64,000 bases of DNA, from assembly GCF_006345805.1 (NCBI RefSeq), contig NC_043001.1, forward strand, positions 70,184,001 to 70,248,000, given 5' to 3'. The notes beneath the pieces are model-generated. The model saw only the letters and a list, made by a program, of their open reading frames with translations, made no database searches and was not told where the DNA came from. This document shows, one piece after another, positions 28,757 through 42,642 of this stretch (its first letter is position 1; each line of letters opens with the position of its first letter). The translations under genes and the position numbers were made by a program. The stretch is from Octopus sinensis. Lineage: Eukaryota.

Positions 28757-28760
<4 letters not shown>
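28203..28760 (-). mobile_element. About 560-bp non-coding element inserted in (TAA)n; SINE-like, orientation inferred
   Basis: No long ORF. Bounded on both sides by (TTA)n. Minus-strand end ...CTCACTCAATAATAAT resembles the Dong-like end ...CTACTCAATAATAAT near 40060. Confidence 0.7.
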
Positions 28761-28833
<73 letters not shown>

Positions 28834-28844
28834 TATTATTATTA

Positions 28845-28896
<52 letters not shown>

Positions 28897-28943
28897 TATT
28901 ATTATTATTATTATTTATTATTATTATTATTATTATTATTTTA

Positions 28944-29020
<77 letters not shown>

Positions 29021-29045
29021 TTTTATTATTATTATTATATTATTA

Positions 29046-29086
<41 letters not shown>

Positions 29087-29099
29087 TATTATTATTATT

Positions 29100-29990
29100 T
29101 TCCGATTGACTTGCATTTTATTTCATCTTCTGACCGTGTCTCCACTAGAGACCTAAGGCAAGTATATATTAGAGGGAGAGAAACTTCATGAGAATGTGAG
29201 CGTTCGATGTCAACACAGTCTTTTGAGTCTCATAGATTGTTGGTTTCCTCGGGATCTGGTCGAAATTTTTTTTCACTATCTTTCTTGTTCATTCCCATAG
29301 CACCTACAAAAACAGGGGTGCCGCCACATCCTAGATATCTCAATCTCATGCTCCTTATATTTCAACAGTTTTTCAAATTCCTTTGCTGATATGTTTCTAT
29401 CAGTAGGCACAGTCATATCAGTTAGCAGGCCTGTTTTTTGTCTCATGTCTTTGATGTCGATGTCTGGCCTGTTTTCATTTATTTGCCTTTCTCTCTATAT
29501 ATATATCCATAATCCCATAGGATGGTAACATTCTCTTCCTCATTCACTGGCTCTGGATGCTGTTCATACTAGTTCTTAGGATGTGGGATAACATTGTGAC
29601 ATCATATACTCCAGTGCAAGTATTGGCAAACTAGACCAAGCTTGGTTCTACATATTGCAGTGGCTTGGACTAAGCAGCCGGTAACAATGTCGTCAATACT
29701 CTCCAGTTTGTCATTTGCAGAGTCTAAAGTGTAGACATTAGCTTAATAGTTCCGGGTCAGGAGACTCTGAACTTGTGCTGTTAGGATAAATCCTTCTGTT
29801 TCGACTTTCAAACCAGCACTCTGCAGCCACTGATGAGTTCTCATATCTGCATCAGCTGCGCCAGCTCGTTTGAAATATTGCCCATGCAATGGTTTTTCTT
29901 GACACAGTCTCGATATTATCTCCAAGTTCTCCTGCTTGTCTTTTGTTTTATAACATTTTGCTAGCTTTTCTGCTAGTTCCTCAAAGGTTA
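29100..29990 (-). mobile_element. R4/Dong-like LINE 3' part (RLE region), decayed
   Basis: EKPLHGQYF...THQWLQSAGLKVETEGFILTAQVQSLLTRNY, NRPDIDI and VFVGAMG, then a 3' UTR running into (TAA)n at 28760-29100. Confidence 0.88.
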
Positions 29991-31588
29991 CGATGGAATT
30001 TTGCAGGACGTCATCCTCGAGCTCTACACATCTTCCAGGACGGAATTTTTGAAATCACCGTTGACACTGGCTTACACTTCCGGCTTGGAATTTCTGGATC
30101 CACAGTTGACACTGGTTTACGCGTATTGTCTCATCCCCATATACTGCATTAATATTCCTCGCACTTTCCGTTTCGCTGTTGCTTTTATTGAACTCATAAA
30201 ATAAAATATGTCAAATATGCTCCTTTGTCACTTCAATTCTACCTTTGAAAACAAATAACTATTAAATCGAACTGCACTCTTCAAAATTTGCTCTAAGACT
30301 AAGTACAAGGTAAAATTACTACCTACTTTTATAGCAAGAAGGATGGTCCGAGAGGATAAAAGGCTGAATTTGAACTCAAATGCAAAACCGGAAGAATTTG
30401 CCGCTAAACATTTCGTCTGCTTCCCCAACAATCCTGCCAGCTAGCTTAAATCAATTGGCTAATAACAAAAAGAACTGGATTAGAAACCAACGCATGTGTT
30501 TATTTTTAGCTTAAAGACCCTCCCGAGATACAAAAATAAAAAACTCTATATTTCTCATGTTTTGCTTTCTTTTGTTATTTTATCTATATATTTATTATAT
30601 TGTAGAGTTGCAGATGCGCGCAAGTTGAAGGGACTAACGATAAAACATATTTGGAATATAAGTAATATCTTTTGCATGTACAACTGCATTTGTCAATGTT
30701 TCTTTTCCTTAGTTCAGGGTCTAAGATACAATATGAGGCTGTTTGGTTACTTTTTCTACCATGCTGAGCTCTCCTATGCAGTCAGTCATTTTTAGTCTTG
30801 TAACAATGAGTTTGTTGATAAGTGTACATACGGTTGAATTCTGAGAATTGACATAACATCTGTTGATGAATGTGTTTCGCCCGGACAATTCCCAAGATTG
30901 CGGATGTATTTTGTTATGTTCAGTGAGGCGTGAATACATTAGGAGGTTCTCATTGAAATGATTACATATTCTGAAGATCGATGATGTTTATGGATGAATT
31001 ACGTCGTCTTATAACATCGGTGTTTCTTTCTATTATTCTTTAGTTATTGATTATATTTCTTGCATGAGCATTAGAGATGTAACTAAAACACTACAACACA
31101 CACACATAGACATATATATATACACTCACATATACATATATATATACTCACATATGCATATATATATATATATATATACATTCACAAGTACATATATACA
31201 TATATGCGCGTGTGTGTGTATGTGCATAGATGTACGTATTGGGCGTTGACTAATCTAAATCCGTTGTAGTAATTCCTACATGTACTTCAAGAAAATATGA
31301 GCTATACATTGCAAATGAATGAAATTTAACTGCCTAATAGCGATTTTACTTTTTAAAATATAAAGGTTTAGGAAATCGTCCATTAAAATTTCAAGTCCAG
31401 ATGACGTGAGTTTTAAACATGATTTTCGTAACGGGAGCTAATTCGAAAATGATATTTTTTCACACTCTAGCGTAAATTAATTGTTAAAAGTACAATATAA
31501 TTCTCACCTCCCACAAATACCAAAGCGATGATAGTACCAAATTTATCCTACTATATTTATATATATTTATGTATATATATATGCATAC

Positions 31589-31673
<85 letters not shown>

Positions 31674-31686
31674 TTACATATGTATA

Positions 31687-31744
<58 letters not shown>

Positions 31745-31769
31745 TTGTGTATATATATATACACACAAA

Positions 31770-32290
31770 ATGGGACAAGAACGCGAACATCCGAACAACT
31801 AGGTGATACATAAAGGAACAACAAAACACATCCAGATAGACGATACCAGAAAAAAAAGGGCGAGTCATTCGAAGATGAAGTCAAGAACCAGATCATCCTC
31901 GCAATTTCGGCTGATTAATCTTCAGATTGCTCCAATCTGGCCAGCCCCAAGGAAAAACTAAGCTAGGAGCATTAGATTTCTTGGAAGAAAGCATCGAATG
32001 TATGCAAAAACAAGGACGGAAAAACAGACAATGTTACACAAATATAAATACAATAAATACAATATAAATTCAATAAAAATAATAACATGTGTGTTTCGAC
32101 CGGGGACGATTTGAATTAAGCTGGCGCGTGTCGAAATGAAGCCTTACGGCAGAGATGCAAAGCTTTCACAAACACAGGGAAGTATATCGATGTTGCACGG
32201 ACGACAGTCAGACCCAGAAAGAGCGAGCAGTAGACAGATCGGTCACGTGGGAAGAGAGGCGTGCTTCTTAGCTTCCTTCCAACATAAGGA
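31770..32290. mobile_element. Probable Penelope-associated non-coding fragment
   Basis: Unique-looking segment between microsatellites, resembling recalled cephalopod PLE terminal repeats. No ORF. Confidence 0.35.
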
Positions 32291-32648
32291 TTTCGTTGGT
32301 TCGGACATTTGTAGAAGGCGCTTGCCTAAGAAGCTGTGCAGTGGGACTGAACCAAGAACCGTATAGGTTGTAAGTAAACCTTTTTGTACAAGCTACGCAT
32401 GACCCTATGCAATGTAAAATTAAGTGTTTTGTTCAAGAGTTCAAAGCACCAGCAATCGAAACCACGATCTTGCGATGATAGGTGGAACACTGATTTGCTA
32501 GGTCGCCTGCTTGTATATACATATGCACACTGGTACACACATACGTATATAAACACATTTATATATACATATAAATATGTGTGTATGTTTATATATATAT
32601 GCAGAGAGAGGGTGGTATACCATCATATATGTATATGTGTATCTATTT

Positions 32649-32709
<61 letters not shown>

Positions 32710-32846
32710 TATATATATAAATATATTTATATACACAGGTATACATACATATATATGTATGTACCTGTATGTATGCACATGCATACATATACATATTTAC
32801 ATGCACATATGCACACCCTATATATGCATATATATATATGTATATA

Positions 32847-32879
<33 letters not shown>

Positions 32880-32924
32880 ATATATGTATGTATGTATATA
32901 TATATATAATATATATATATATAT

Positions 32925-32977
<53 letters not shown>

Positions 32978-33575
32978 ATTCCCATTTCCAAATAGGGTTA
33001 TATGGAGAATGACGAAATAAGAAGAAGCAGAACGGAAAGATAATATGAGAGCGAGTGAGTGGGTAGAGAGGATCTATTTACACCTGCATGTGTTTGGAAT
33101 ACATTATTCAAATGTCAATATGCATGTTTACGTAGAACTGTATTCTGTAAATATTGGCTTATATTCTGTAATCCTCGCTCATGTATGAAAACCGTTGGTA
33201 AAGCTTGTGGATTATAAGATCACTATAGTATTACATCTTTACAATACGTAGATGATCAGCTTGAAATCGAGAAAATAAAGCAAGCAAAAACTTTACTCTG
33301 TTTTAGCAAACAGAGAGCCATTCTACATGTTGCTAGCGTTATTAATAATACTGGATTTTATTTGTTTCGTTATCGTTGTTGTTATTGTACGTATAGCTGC
33401 ACATATATATTTGCCGCCCTACGTTATCTGATACAACTATTATGAAGTATTACGGGACTGTTACCATAGTGAAAGAAACGCCTCGGTAAACACCAACAGC
33501 AGAGACAGGTATACAGATAGAGAAAACTACTAAAAATCACCTAAACTCCCACCAACACATATAAATGCACTGAAC

Positions 33576-33609
<34 letters not shown>

Positions 33610-33757
33610 TAATAATAATAATAATAAAATAATAATAATAATAAAATATTAGGGAGTATAATATATTTATGATTTGGTTTAGGTTTATCATTGTTTGAAT
33701 TGCATAATAATGGTTTTTCTCTAATTTATGTATATATATATATATATATATATAAGG

Positions 33758-34006
33758 GGAGGCGCGTGGCTCAGTGTTTAGGGTGTTAGCATCATGATCG
33801 TAACATTGTGGTGTCGACTCCTGGACCGGACGATGCGTTGTGTTCTTCAGCAAAACACTTCATTTCACGTTGTCCCAGTCTACTCAATTGGCAAAAGTGA
33901 GTAACGCTGCGATGGACTTGGCGTCCCGTCCAGCTGAGGAACACATACACCATTGAAACTGGGAAACCGGGCTCATGAGCCTGGATACGCTTTAAAAGGG
34001 TGCATT
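33758..34006 (+). mobile_element. tRNA-derived SINE, family D
   Basis: GGCGCGTGGCTCAGTGTTTAGG (A box), GTGTCGACTCC (B-box-like), central TTGTGTTCTTCAGCAAAACACTTCATTTCACGTTG domain, ends in a TA tract. Confidence 0.85.
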
Positions 34007-34017
34007 TATTATATATG

Positions 34018-34052
<35 letters not shown>

Positions 34053-34060
34053 CATAATTA

Positions 34061-34670
34061 CAGGCGTGGGTGTATGCTAAGAAGCTTGCTTCCCAACCAC
34101 ATGGCTCCGGGTTCTGTCCCACTGCGTGGCACCGTCGGTAAGTGTCTTCTGCTATAGCTTCAGGCCAATTAAAGCCTTGTGAGTGCATGTGGTGTAGGCG
34201 GAAACTGAAAGATGTCCGGCATATATGTATATTTGGCCAAAAGTCACCTGACAATCAGTAATTCAAGGATTAAGAACAACAAATATTTATATGAGACTTC
34301 TGTGATTTTAACTCACAGCATTCATTCTATTATTAAACATTCAAAATAGGAATGAATAAATAAAATTGAATATTAAGTAGTTATAGAATTTTGATTTACT
34401 GCGGCTGACTTTTGGCCAACCCAGTATATATATATATATATGCACATGTTTGTGTGATTGTACCTGTGCTTATCCCCTCACACCACCAGCATCACTTCAT
34501 ATCCGATGTTGGTGTTGTTACGCCTCTGTAAGTTAGCGGTTTAGCCAAAGACACCGATAGAATAAGAACTAGGCTTACAAAGAATAAGTTCTGGGGTCGA
34601 TTTTCCGACTAAATGCGATGCTCCAGCATGGGCGCAGTCCAATGTCTGAAACAAGTAAAAGAATAAAAGA
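34061..34670 (+). mobile_element. SINE family A, split by a MITE
   Basis: 5' half at 34061-34220 (GGGTTCTGTCCCACTGCGTGGCAC) and 3' half at 34445-34670 (CTCCAGCATGGGCGCAGTCCAATGTCTGAAACAAGTAAAAG). Confidence 0.88.
34230..34426. mobile_element. MITE, probably Tc1/mariner-derived
   Basis: Perfect 14-bp inverted repeats TTGGCCAAAAGTCA (34233-34246) and TGACTTTTGGCCAA (34406-34419). AT-rich interior. Right end ...CCCAG followed by TA. Confidence 0.75.
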
Positions 34671-34847
34671 ATATATATATAAGATAATATGTGTGTGTTT
34701 ATGTGTATAATGCAAGGTAATGCTTTGCAGTGTGTCCTCCGTCCTTTCTTTCTGACTTCAAATTCAAACGATGTTCCAGATAGGAAGTTGTATTGCTGGC
34801 TGGCCTTTCTCCAGAGAAAAAGATATACACAAAATTCTGCCTAGTAA

Positions 34848-36900
34848 TTGCTAGGGGCCCGTGGAAAAACCACCTTGAAGAACCACATAGTGAAGTTTAA
34901 CAAAAAACTGTACATGCAGGTTCAAGGTGCAGCCATCGGTGTCGGTGTAGCTGGCCTCTTCATGACCTGGTGGGACAGAAAACTTAAACAAATGTTAGCA
35001 GAACAGTCCACAACCCTTCTACTCTACAGCAGATATGTAGATGACATTAATATCAAAGTTAGGACCAACTCTAGTGACGGTAATGTAGAAACTGAGAAAC
35101 TGAACATCCCACAAATAGCTAACTCCATCCACCAAAGTAGCAAGGTAATTATAGATTACCCCACTAAGCACCCCAACAATAGACTCCCTATACTTGATAC
35201 TGAACTTTGGTTAGGAACTGTGAACAATAGAATGCAGCTCTTCCACTCCTATTACATGAAACCCATAACTTCAAAATATGTTATTCACAAGAACTCAGCT
35301 TTGTCACACAACATGAAAATTAACATACAGATAGCAGACTTAGTTAGAATAATGAACAATGCGTCCCCACTATGCGAAACCTATGAAACGAAAAAACATA
35401 TACAGAACTTCATGCACTGCATGAAGTTCTCTGGATATGATCAGAAAGATAGGGTTCGAATATACAGAGGGGCTAGAAAAAAATTAGACAACATTATACG
35501 TACTGACACCAGTGGTACCTGCTCTAGATATAGAAACAAAGAATGAAATAGGATACAAAGAACTTGTGCCAAAGCCAACGGGGCGAACAAGTGGTATAAA
35601 ACGTCAAATATCAAGGTGTGATGTTTGTAGAGGCGACAGCCCACGGAGAACTAGCCCGTAGATTTAGAAAAGTTCTGAAGGAGACCAAACTCAACATTAA
35701 GATAGTTGAAAAGCCAGGGAACTCCGTCAGATCACAGCTATGTAGGACTTACCCCTTTGAGAATACCATATGCACCAATGATAACTGCATGGTATGTAGG
35801 ATTAACCCTGGCATTAACTGTAGGACTCGAAATGTAGTTTACAACATATAATGCATAGAACGTGCTTGTAAAGACATGAACATGATGTACATAGGGGAAA
35901 CATCTAGGAGCATTGCGGAACGACATATAATGCATAGAACGTGCTTGTAAAGACATGAACATGATGTACATAGGGGAAACATCTAGGAGCATTGCGGAAC
36001 GACTAAATGAACATCTGAGACAATATGACAACAAAAAACAGTCCTCCATACTCATACTCTATCAACACGCAAAATACCACCATGAAGACAAATTGGGTCA
36101 ACTAGATATCCGCATCTTATAAAAGCACCCAAAAGACCTAACACTCAGACAAATACATGAGTACTTCCTTATAAATGAAACTTCCCCAATACTAAATAGG
36201 AAATATACATAGATACTATACCCCCATACCCACAGTTTACACAGGTAAAGTAGAAAAGTTAATGGGCTGTTATGTAGATAGATGTATATATATATATGTG
36301 TGGGGGGTATATATGTGTATATGCACATGTATGTAAGCATATAATTATAAAAATAAGCAGATCAACATACAGACGGATAGGTGCATAGGTTATATGAACT
36401 GACAAGCACATATACGCAAATGGAAACTGAAACTCATGACCATATATACACATAAACTTTACTTCACACAAGGACACATATAAGGACACGTGTCCACACA
36501 TGGCACATAGTTGCAAAACACAACCACACAGACATGCATACATAAGGAAGGGGACAGGTGCATACGTATGTGAACAGACGCTCTCATACACACATACATA
36601 ACAAATACACAAACACGGACATGCAAGCACATGTATGTGCAGAATACATACATACAGATGCACACACATACATGCAAAGATACATATGTATACACACATA
36701 TATACATATACACACGTGCATATATGCATACATACATGCATAGCGACAAACAAACACACACACACACACATTGAACCACAAACATGCGCACAAACAAACA
36801 AAAAGGAACGCAGTGTAGACAACGGACATAGTCAAGACTTGAAAAGGTTGCAAGACGCAACGAAAATTTTACGAAAATAAAAATAAGGAACAAGGAATTT
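34848..36900 (+). mobile_element. Penelope-like element, 5'-truncated pseudogene (RT + GIY-YIG)
   Basis: ORF 34848-35546 has FNKKLYMQVQGAAIG, YSRYVDDI, LPILDTELW and YYMKP. It continues CMVC...CRTRNVVYNI*C...MYIGETSRSIAERLNEH. Stops and an internal duplication are present. CA-rich 3' UTR to about 36900. Confidence 0.93.
35844..36003 (+). repeat. Perfect 79-bp tandem duplication within the GIY-YIG region
   Basis: ACATATAATGCATAGAACG...GCATTGCGGAACG at 35844 and again at 35923. Confidence 0.97.
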
Positions 36901-37019
36901 TACCGGTGAGTGTGTTAAATTATAAGATACAAAAAGAATATGACTCTCCCCAGACGCAACAGAATATGCTTCAACACACGAACTCGCATATAGAATCTTG
37001 CAAACCAAATCCTAAAATG

Positions 37020-37065
<46 letters not shown>

Positions 37066-37069
37066 ATAA

Positions 37070-37102
<33 letters not shown>

Positions 37103-38366
37103 TGTTATATACATGTATATATATATATATATATGTGTGTGGTGTGTGTTGTATAATATGTATTATGTATGTATGTATGCATGTATGTGTGCATGTATGT
37201 GTATAAATAAATATATAGATGAATTACGTAGACAGAAACGAAGGCAAATCGCTGCCTATATATATATATCTTTATATGTATATATAGACATATATACACA
37301 CACACACACATATATATATATAAGTATATATATATATATATATGTATATTCAAAATACACATGCGTGCGTGTGTGTGTGTGCTTGCGCGCAAGAGAAGGT
37401 GAGAAAGAGAGGCTTTATAGAGATGAGACTGATAAACCTATAAATACTATTACCTATCTTTACATACCTACATATACACGCCCACGGACGTATTCACAAA
37501 CATACACACATACATAAGCTTCTTTGTATGTATACACATGCTTATACACTCCGTGCACACAATATACACACGCGCACGCATATGCAGGTATATATACATG
37601 CATAGATTCATACATGCATACATACGCATATATAATTAGACATATGTTTATAAAACCTGTTAGCTCACTCAATACCTGTTTTTTTGTTTGTTTTTGTTTT
37701 TTTGTTTTTGTCACTTTTCTTTTATCTTTCCAGACATCATTTTTCATCAGACCTCTTCTTTCATCTTCTGAAGGTATTTCAATTCCCCAGCTGAGTTTTC
37801 TTGTATATTATATTGTCAATCCGCTAGTTATTTCAAATCCTATTTTTCCACGCCTTCGGGCTTGTTTAATCAATTCATGGACTTTGTATAAATTACAATT
37901 TTATGTTATTTTTTGTATGCTAAAGTTTTACTCCTTTCCTAAAAGACTAAAACTAGGTTCGTAAAGTTTACGATATTTCGTAATTGAATTTGTTTTCCGA
38001 AAATTTCATCTAAAACAAGTGTTGAAAGCTCGTAAAAGTTATACGCACTTCTGCTAATTTCGCATTGCTTTGCCTTTGAACATATTCCCCAAAATGTTGA
38101 AAAATATAAGCAACGCAATCTTATGTAATGAACGAATTTGTAACATTTATAACATTCGTTTTTCATGAGGGAAGTAAGGTTACAACAACAACAACGACAA
38201 CGATGACTTCAACAACAACTACATTAATACTAATGGGGTAGAAGAAGGGGAAAAGAGAAGAAGAAGAAGAAAAGAAGAAGAAGGAAGGAGGAGGAGGAGG
38301 AAAGGAGGAGAGGAAAGAAGCAGAAGAAGAAGAATAAGAAGAAGAGAAGAAGAAGAAAAGAGGGAA

Positions 38367-38397
<31 letters not shown>

Positions 38398-38440
38398 AAG
38401 AAGAAGAAGAAGAAGAAGAAGAAGAAGAAGAAGAAGAAGA

Positions 38441-40062
38441 ACTCTTATATGGATGATCTAAAACTATGCTACAAATGCTAAACGGCTGAAAAAATATTAC
38501 TACATACCGTACATGGATTTGCCAAAGAAATTGACACGACATTTGACTTAGAAAAATGTGCGAAAGCAACCTTGAAACGAGGAAAACTAGTTAAGAGTAA
38601 CAACATCGTACTAGATAAAACAAATGAAATAAGAGAATTAGGCCAAAGCCAGACATACAAATTCTTAGGAGTCAATCAACTAGATACGATTCAACATAAA
38701 AACAGATGAAAGAGAAAACAAGATAGAAATACTATAAGCAGGAAACAGAGCTCAAGGCGAGAAATAAGATAATAGGTATCAACACATTAGCCGTCCCAGG
38801 TACAAGTTACAGCTACAATATTTTTAAATGGACTTTAAATGAACTAACTAAAATAGTCGGGGAAACAAGAAAAATAATGACTAAATTTAGGATGCAGCAC
38901 TAAAAACCTGACATAGAAAGGTTATATTCACAGCGTATTGAAGGTGGTAGAGGCCTTATACAGCTAGAAAACTGTTATAAAGTAACCACCATAGGATTAC
39001 AAAAATACCTTCTTCTTTATAAACAAGGTAAACTAATACAAATAGCCAAAACAATAACACGAGTAAATCAAAAAACGGTTTTCTGTCTTTAAGGAAGACG
39101 AAAAATATAAAAAAGGAATCATAGTACCTCACAGCTATGAAGTAAAAGAAGAAACAACAAAATCTATAAAACAACTGAAATCCAAACTAATACTCGAACA
39201 ACAGCATATCGTGGTAAACCGATGGCAAGGAAAGCACATTCATGGCAAATGCTGGGTTAAGCTAAACAGAAAAGGTATAGACAAAGCAAAATCCCAACAA
39301 TGGCTGAGAAGTTCAGAACTTAAAGCAGTGGCTGAAGGATTTTTAACTGCAGCAAAGATCAAAGCCTTCCTACCAGAAATTACAAATTAAAAGTAACAAT
39401 AATTATATAAATACAAGTAACTGCAAAATATGTTGTGATGAAGAAGAAACGATAAATTATATTGTCCCGGGTTGCCCAGTCCTGGTTAAGAAAGAATATA
39501 TTCACAGACCTGAGAATATATGCACTGGAAGGTATGCCAACGCAATGAAATGACAGCAGAAAAATAGATGGTATACGCAAAACCCAGAAAAGATCACAGA
39601 AAATGAGGGATATGCCAATACACGCAGATAGAGAAATCAAGGATAATAGACCGGATATAGTTGTCAGAGATCACAAAGAAAAATGCCAACTACTCAACGT
39701 ATCAATATCAACATATTACAACGTTTCTCTAAAAGAAGCGGAGAAACTTTCAAAATGCAAAGATCTGGAAATAGAGGTAACTCCAATGTGGAGCCTAAAA
39801 TCAGAAACAATTCTTATAATAGTAGACGCTCTGGATATGATAGGAAAACATTTAGACAAATACATAACCAAAACACCAGGATTTACAAGTGTATATAAGA
39901 TATAGAAAATGGCACTAGTAAGAACCGCACACATCCTACGTAAAGCACTTTCAATACAGTGAAAATAAGAAAACCACAGCAAACTACAGCACTTAACCTA
40001 GGCACACATAGTTGCGCTCAGTAGTGCAGTAAAAGCACGTGATAAAAATAAGACTACTCAAT
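38441..40062 (+). mobile_element. R4/Dong-like LINE, 5'-truncated (RT YMDD to RLE, with 3' end)
   Basis: YMDDLKL at 38446, FDLEKCAK, YKFLG, EGGRGLIQLE, DREIKDNRPDIVV and EKLSKCKDL. The 3' UTR ends in (AAT)n. Confidence 0.92.
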
Positions 40063-40089
40063 AATAATGATAATAATAATAATAATAAG

Positions 40090-41810
40090 TGACATCTAGA
40101 GCAAAGACAAGGAGCACAAGAAGGATGCTGAATGGTTGCAACAACTGAAATAAACAGTAGTCTGTCCAAAACAGGAAGAACTCTTCATTTCAGTTAAGGA
40201 AGTGAAGGAAGTGAAGGAAATCAGCCAAAAAATGGACAATTGAAAGGCTCCCGAACCAGATGGTGTTCAAGGCTACTTGATCAATACATGCACGAATATC
40301 TGTACAACTCGATTAAGTAACACCAGACAGTTAGACAATGGGAAGGTCTGTGCTGTGCTTAGAAAACATCGAAAAAGGCAATACGGTAGACAATAACAGG
40401 CCGATATCCTCCTTGCCATTTATGTGGAAATTTTGATTGGTATAGTCGCCGTGTCAATGTTCGAACATCTGGAAACGAAATGGATTCCTGCCACATGAGC
40501 GGAAGGGTTGCACGCGTAAGTGCAGAGGTACCAAGGATCAACTCCTGGCAGACAAAACTATACTTATGGATTGCAAGAGGAGGAAAAATAACTTTTCCAT
40601 GTCATGGATCGAATTTAATTGGTATTGCATCAAATGAAGGGACAATCGAAATCAGACGAGGCATCTTCCAAGGAACTGGAAGATCTTTGTACTGAGGAAA
40701 GCAAAGTATGTATAATCTATTCAAGAGCCGCCAATAAAAAGTCAACCACTTATTATTCATGGATGACCTCAAACTGTGAGGTAAAGATGAATCCCAACTC
40801 AGTTCCCTCGTTGATATGGTGTAAACTTTCAGTACTGATATCAGAATAGAGTTCGAACTGAAAAAGTGTGGTGTGTTAGTCTTCAAGAGAGGTAAATCAA
40901 ATGTATGGAAGGGATAGCGATACCGTCGGGAGAGGTTATGAAGCAGATAGAAGAGACGGGTTATAAGTAATTGGGGATACTGGAAATGGATAAATTGATG
41001 GAGAAAGGAATGAAGGAAACATTTTAAGGCGGAGTGCTTGCGCAGACTGAGACTGATCCTTATATCGGAATTAAACGGTCGGAATAGGATTGAAGCTATT
41101 AACACCTGGGGGTTACTCCACCCAAAACGTAACACAGACAGACTGTGTGTGCCAAGAAAAAAAGGAGGGAGTAGTACTGATTGGAACCGAAAACAGCTTT
41201 AGAGCAGATGGAAACAACATAGCATGGTATGTAAAAGTTTCCACTGAACCATATAGAATTGTATAGGATGGAAGATTGCAAATATAAAGCACTGTACAAG
41301 GACTTGAGAATGAATGAAACTGAAAATAGATGGATAAAGAAAAGAATGCATCGACAATTTCATGGGGCTGTTGAAGACAAACAGAGATGAAAGATTGCTA
41401 TGGATGACTAAAAGTGATTTAAAACGGGAAACGGAGTCTCCAGTCTGTGCTGCCCAAGAGCAAGCATTAAGAACGAATTACATCAAATACAGAAGAGAAA
41501 ACATATCAGAAAGTGATAAGAGTAGATTTGTGAACAAAATGGTGAAACCATATTACCAGTCAATGTACGCCACTAGCACAGAAAAATATAATAGACGCCA
41601 TGACAATGTAGCAAAGATTCTCCATTAGACACTTTTCAACAAGTACGGACTTGACAGAGGAAAATAGTGGTACGAACATAAACCCGAAGGTATCATCGAA
41701 AATGATAATGCAAAGATCCTTTGGGATGTTATGATTCAGTGCGACCATGATAGAGAATAGGAAACCAGACATAGTGTTAATTGAGAAATGAAGCAAAACT
41801 ATCTCTATGA
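40090..41810 (+). mobile_element. Second R4/Dong-like LINE, decayed
   Basis: KAPEPDGVQGY, NNRPISS, RGIFQG, HLLFMDDLKL, DLKRETESPVCAAQEQALRTNY, RRHDNVAKILH, KILWD and RKPDIVL. Confidence 0.92.
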
Positions 41811-42484
41811 AGGTATCTGTAATTTTCATTGTTCAAGATATGACTACTTCAATTGGCTACTTCTTCCCTACAATTGAACACATATCTTTCAAAACGTGTA
41901 CCCAGTCTTTGTTCTCTATTTCACCTACTTGACCATACCTTACACAAACTGGCTATTTGCAAAATTTAAATTAATGAAGATAGTTTTTAAATGAAAAAAA
42001 TGTCGCGGGTTTCAAGGAAAGAGGGAAATAAACTTAGTTATGGAACTCTATAAGATAATCTTTGTCTGGTAGAGGTAGTCATTTTAAGAGAGTTATATTG
42101 TACCGTATGTGATGAAGATAGAAGCATAAAAACGCTCAAATTTGTATTAATGTTCTCATACTTTTAAGAAATTATTATAAGAACAGAGTTTTACTCTCAA
42201 ACCCTATCATGTTCACTTTAATACTTATCTTTTGTATCACTTGAAATTTTATGTAGCAAAACAAAACATAGGTATAAAATTAATTGCTTTAATTCAATTG
42301 GTGAGCTTCAACTTTAACAGCTTTATGTATATAATAAACAGATACATATTAAGGGGCGAAAATCTTTTCACACTGTAAAGATTGAAGCACCATCTTAGTA
42401 TTGTAGCCGACATCCTCACCAGTAATATGAAGGTGAAATTTTATTCACACATACATATCAATCTATCCATCTATAAATATATAT

Positions 42485-42603
42485 AAGAAGTTTACTTTCC
42501 AACCACATGCTGCCGAATTCATTCTCACTGCTTGGCACCTTTGGCAATTGTTTTCAAAACCTCGTGAGTGGTTTTGGTGAGTTGAAACTGAAGGAAATCC
42601 GTC

Positions 42604-42642
<39 letters not shown>

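Larger units (their letters stand above)
27981..29100. repeat. (TTA)n microsatellite tracts
   Basis: Pure or near-pure TTA runs at 27981-28070, 28190-28203 and 28759-29100. Many other TA, CA, GATA (5540-5645, 26499-26616), GAA (38250-38440) and CTA (63073-63265) tracts occur across the window. Confidence 0.98.

Noticed and set aside
31895-31935. Minus-strand CTGAAGA...GAAA motif
   Set aside because: No stem II, and no compatible UH site or stem I topology.
33758-33830. tRNA-like heads here and at 53174
   Set aside because: They continue into SINE bodies and lack a clean cloverleaf; not tRNA genes.
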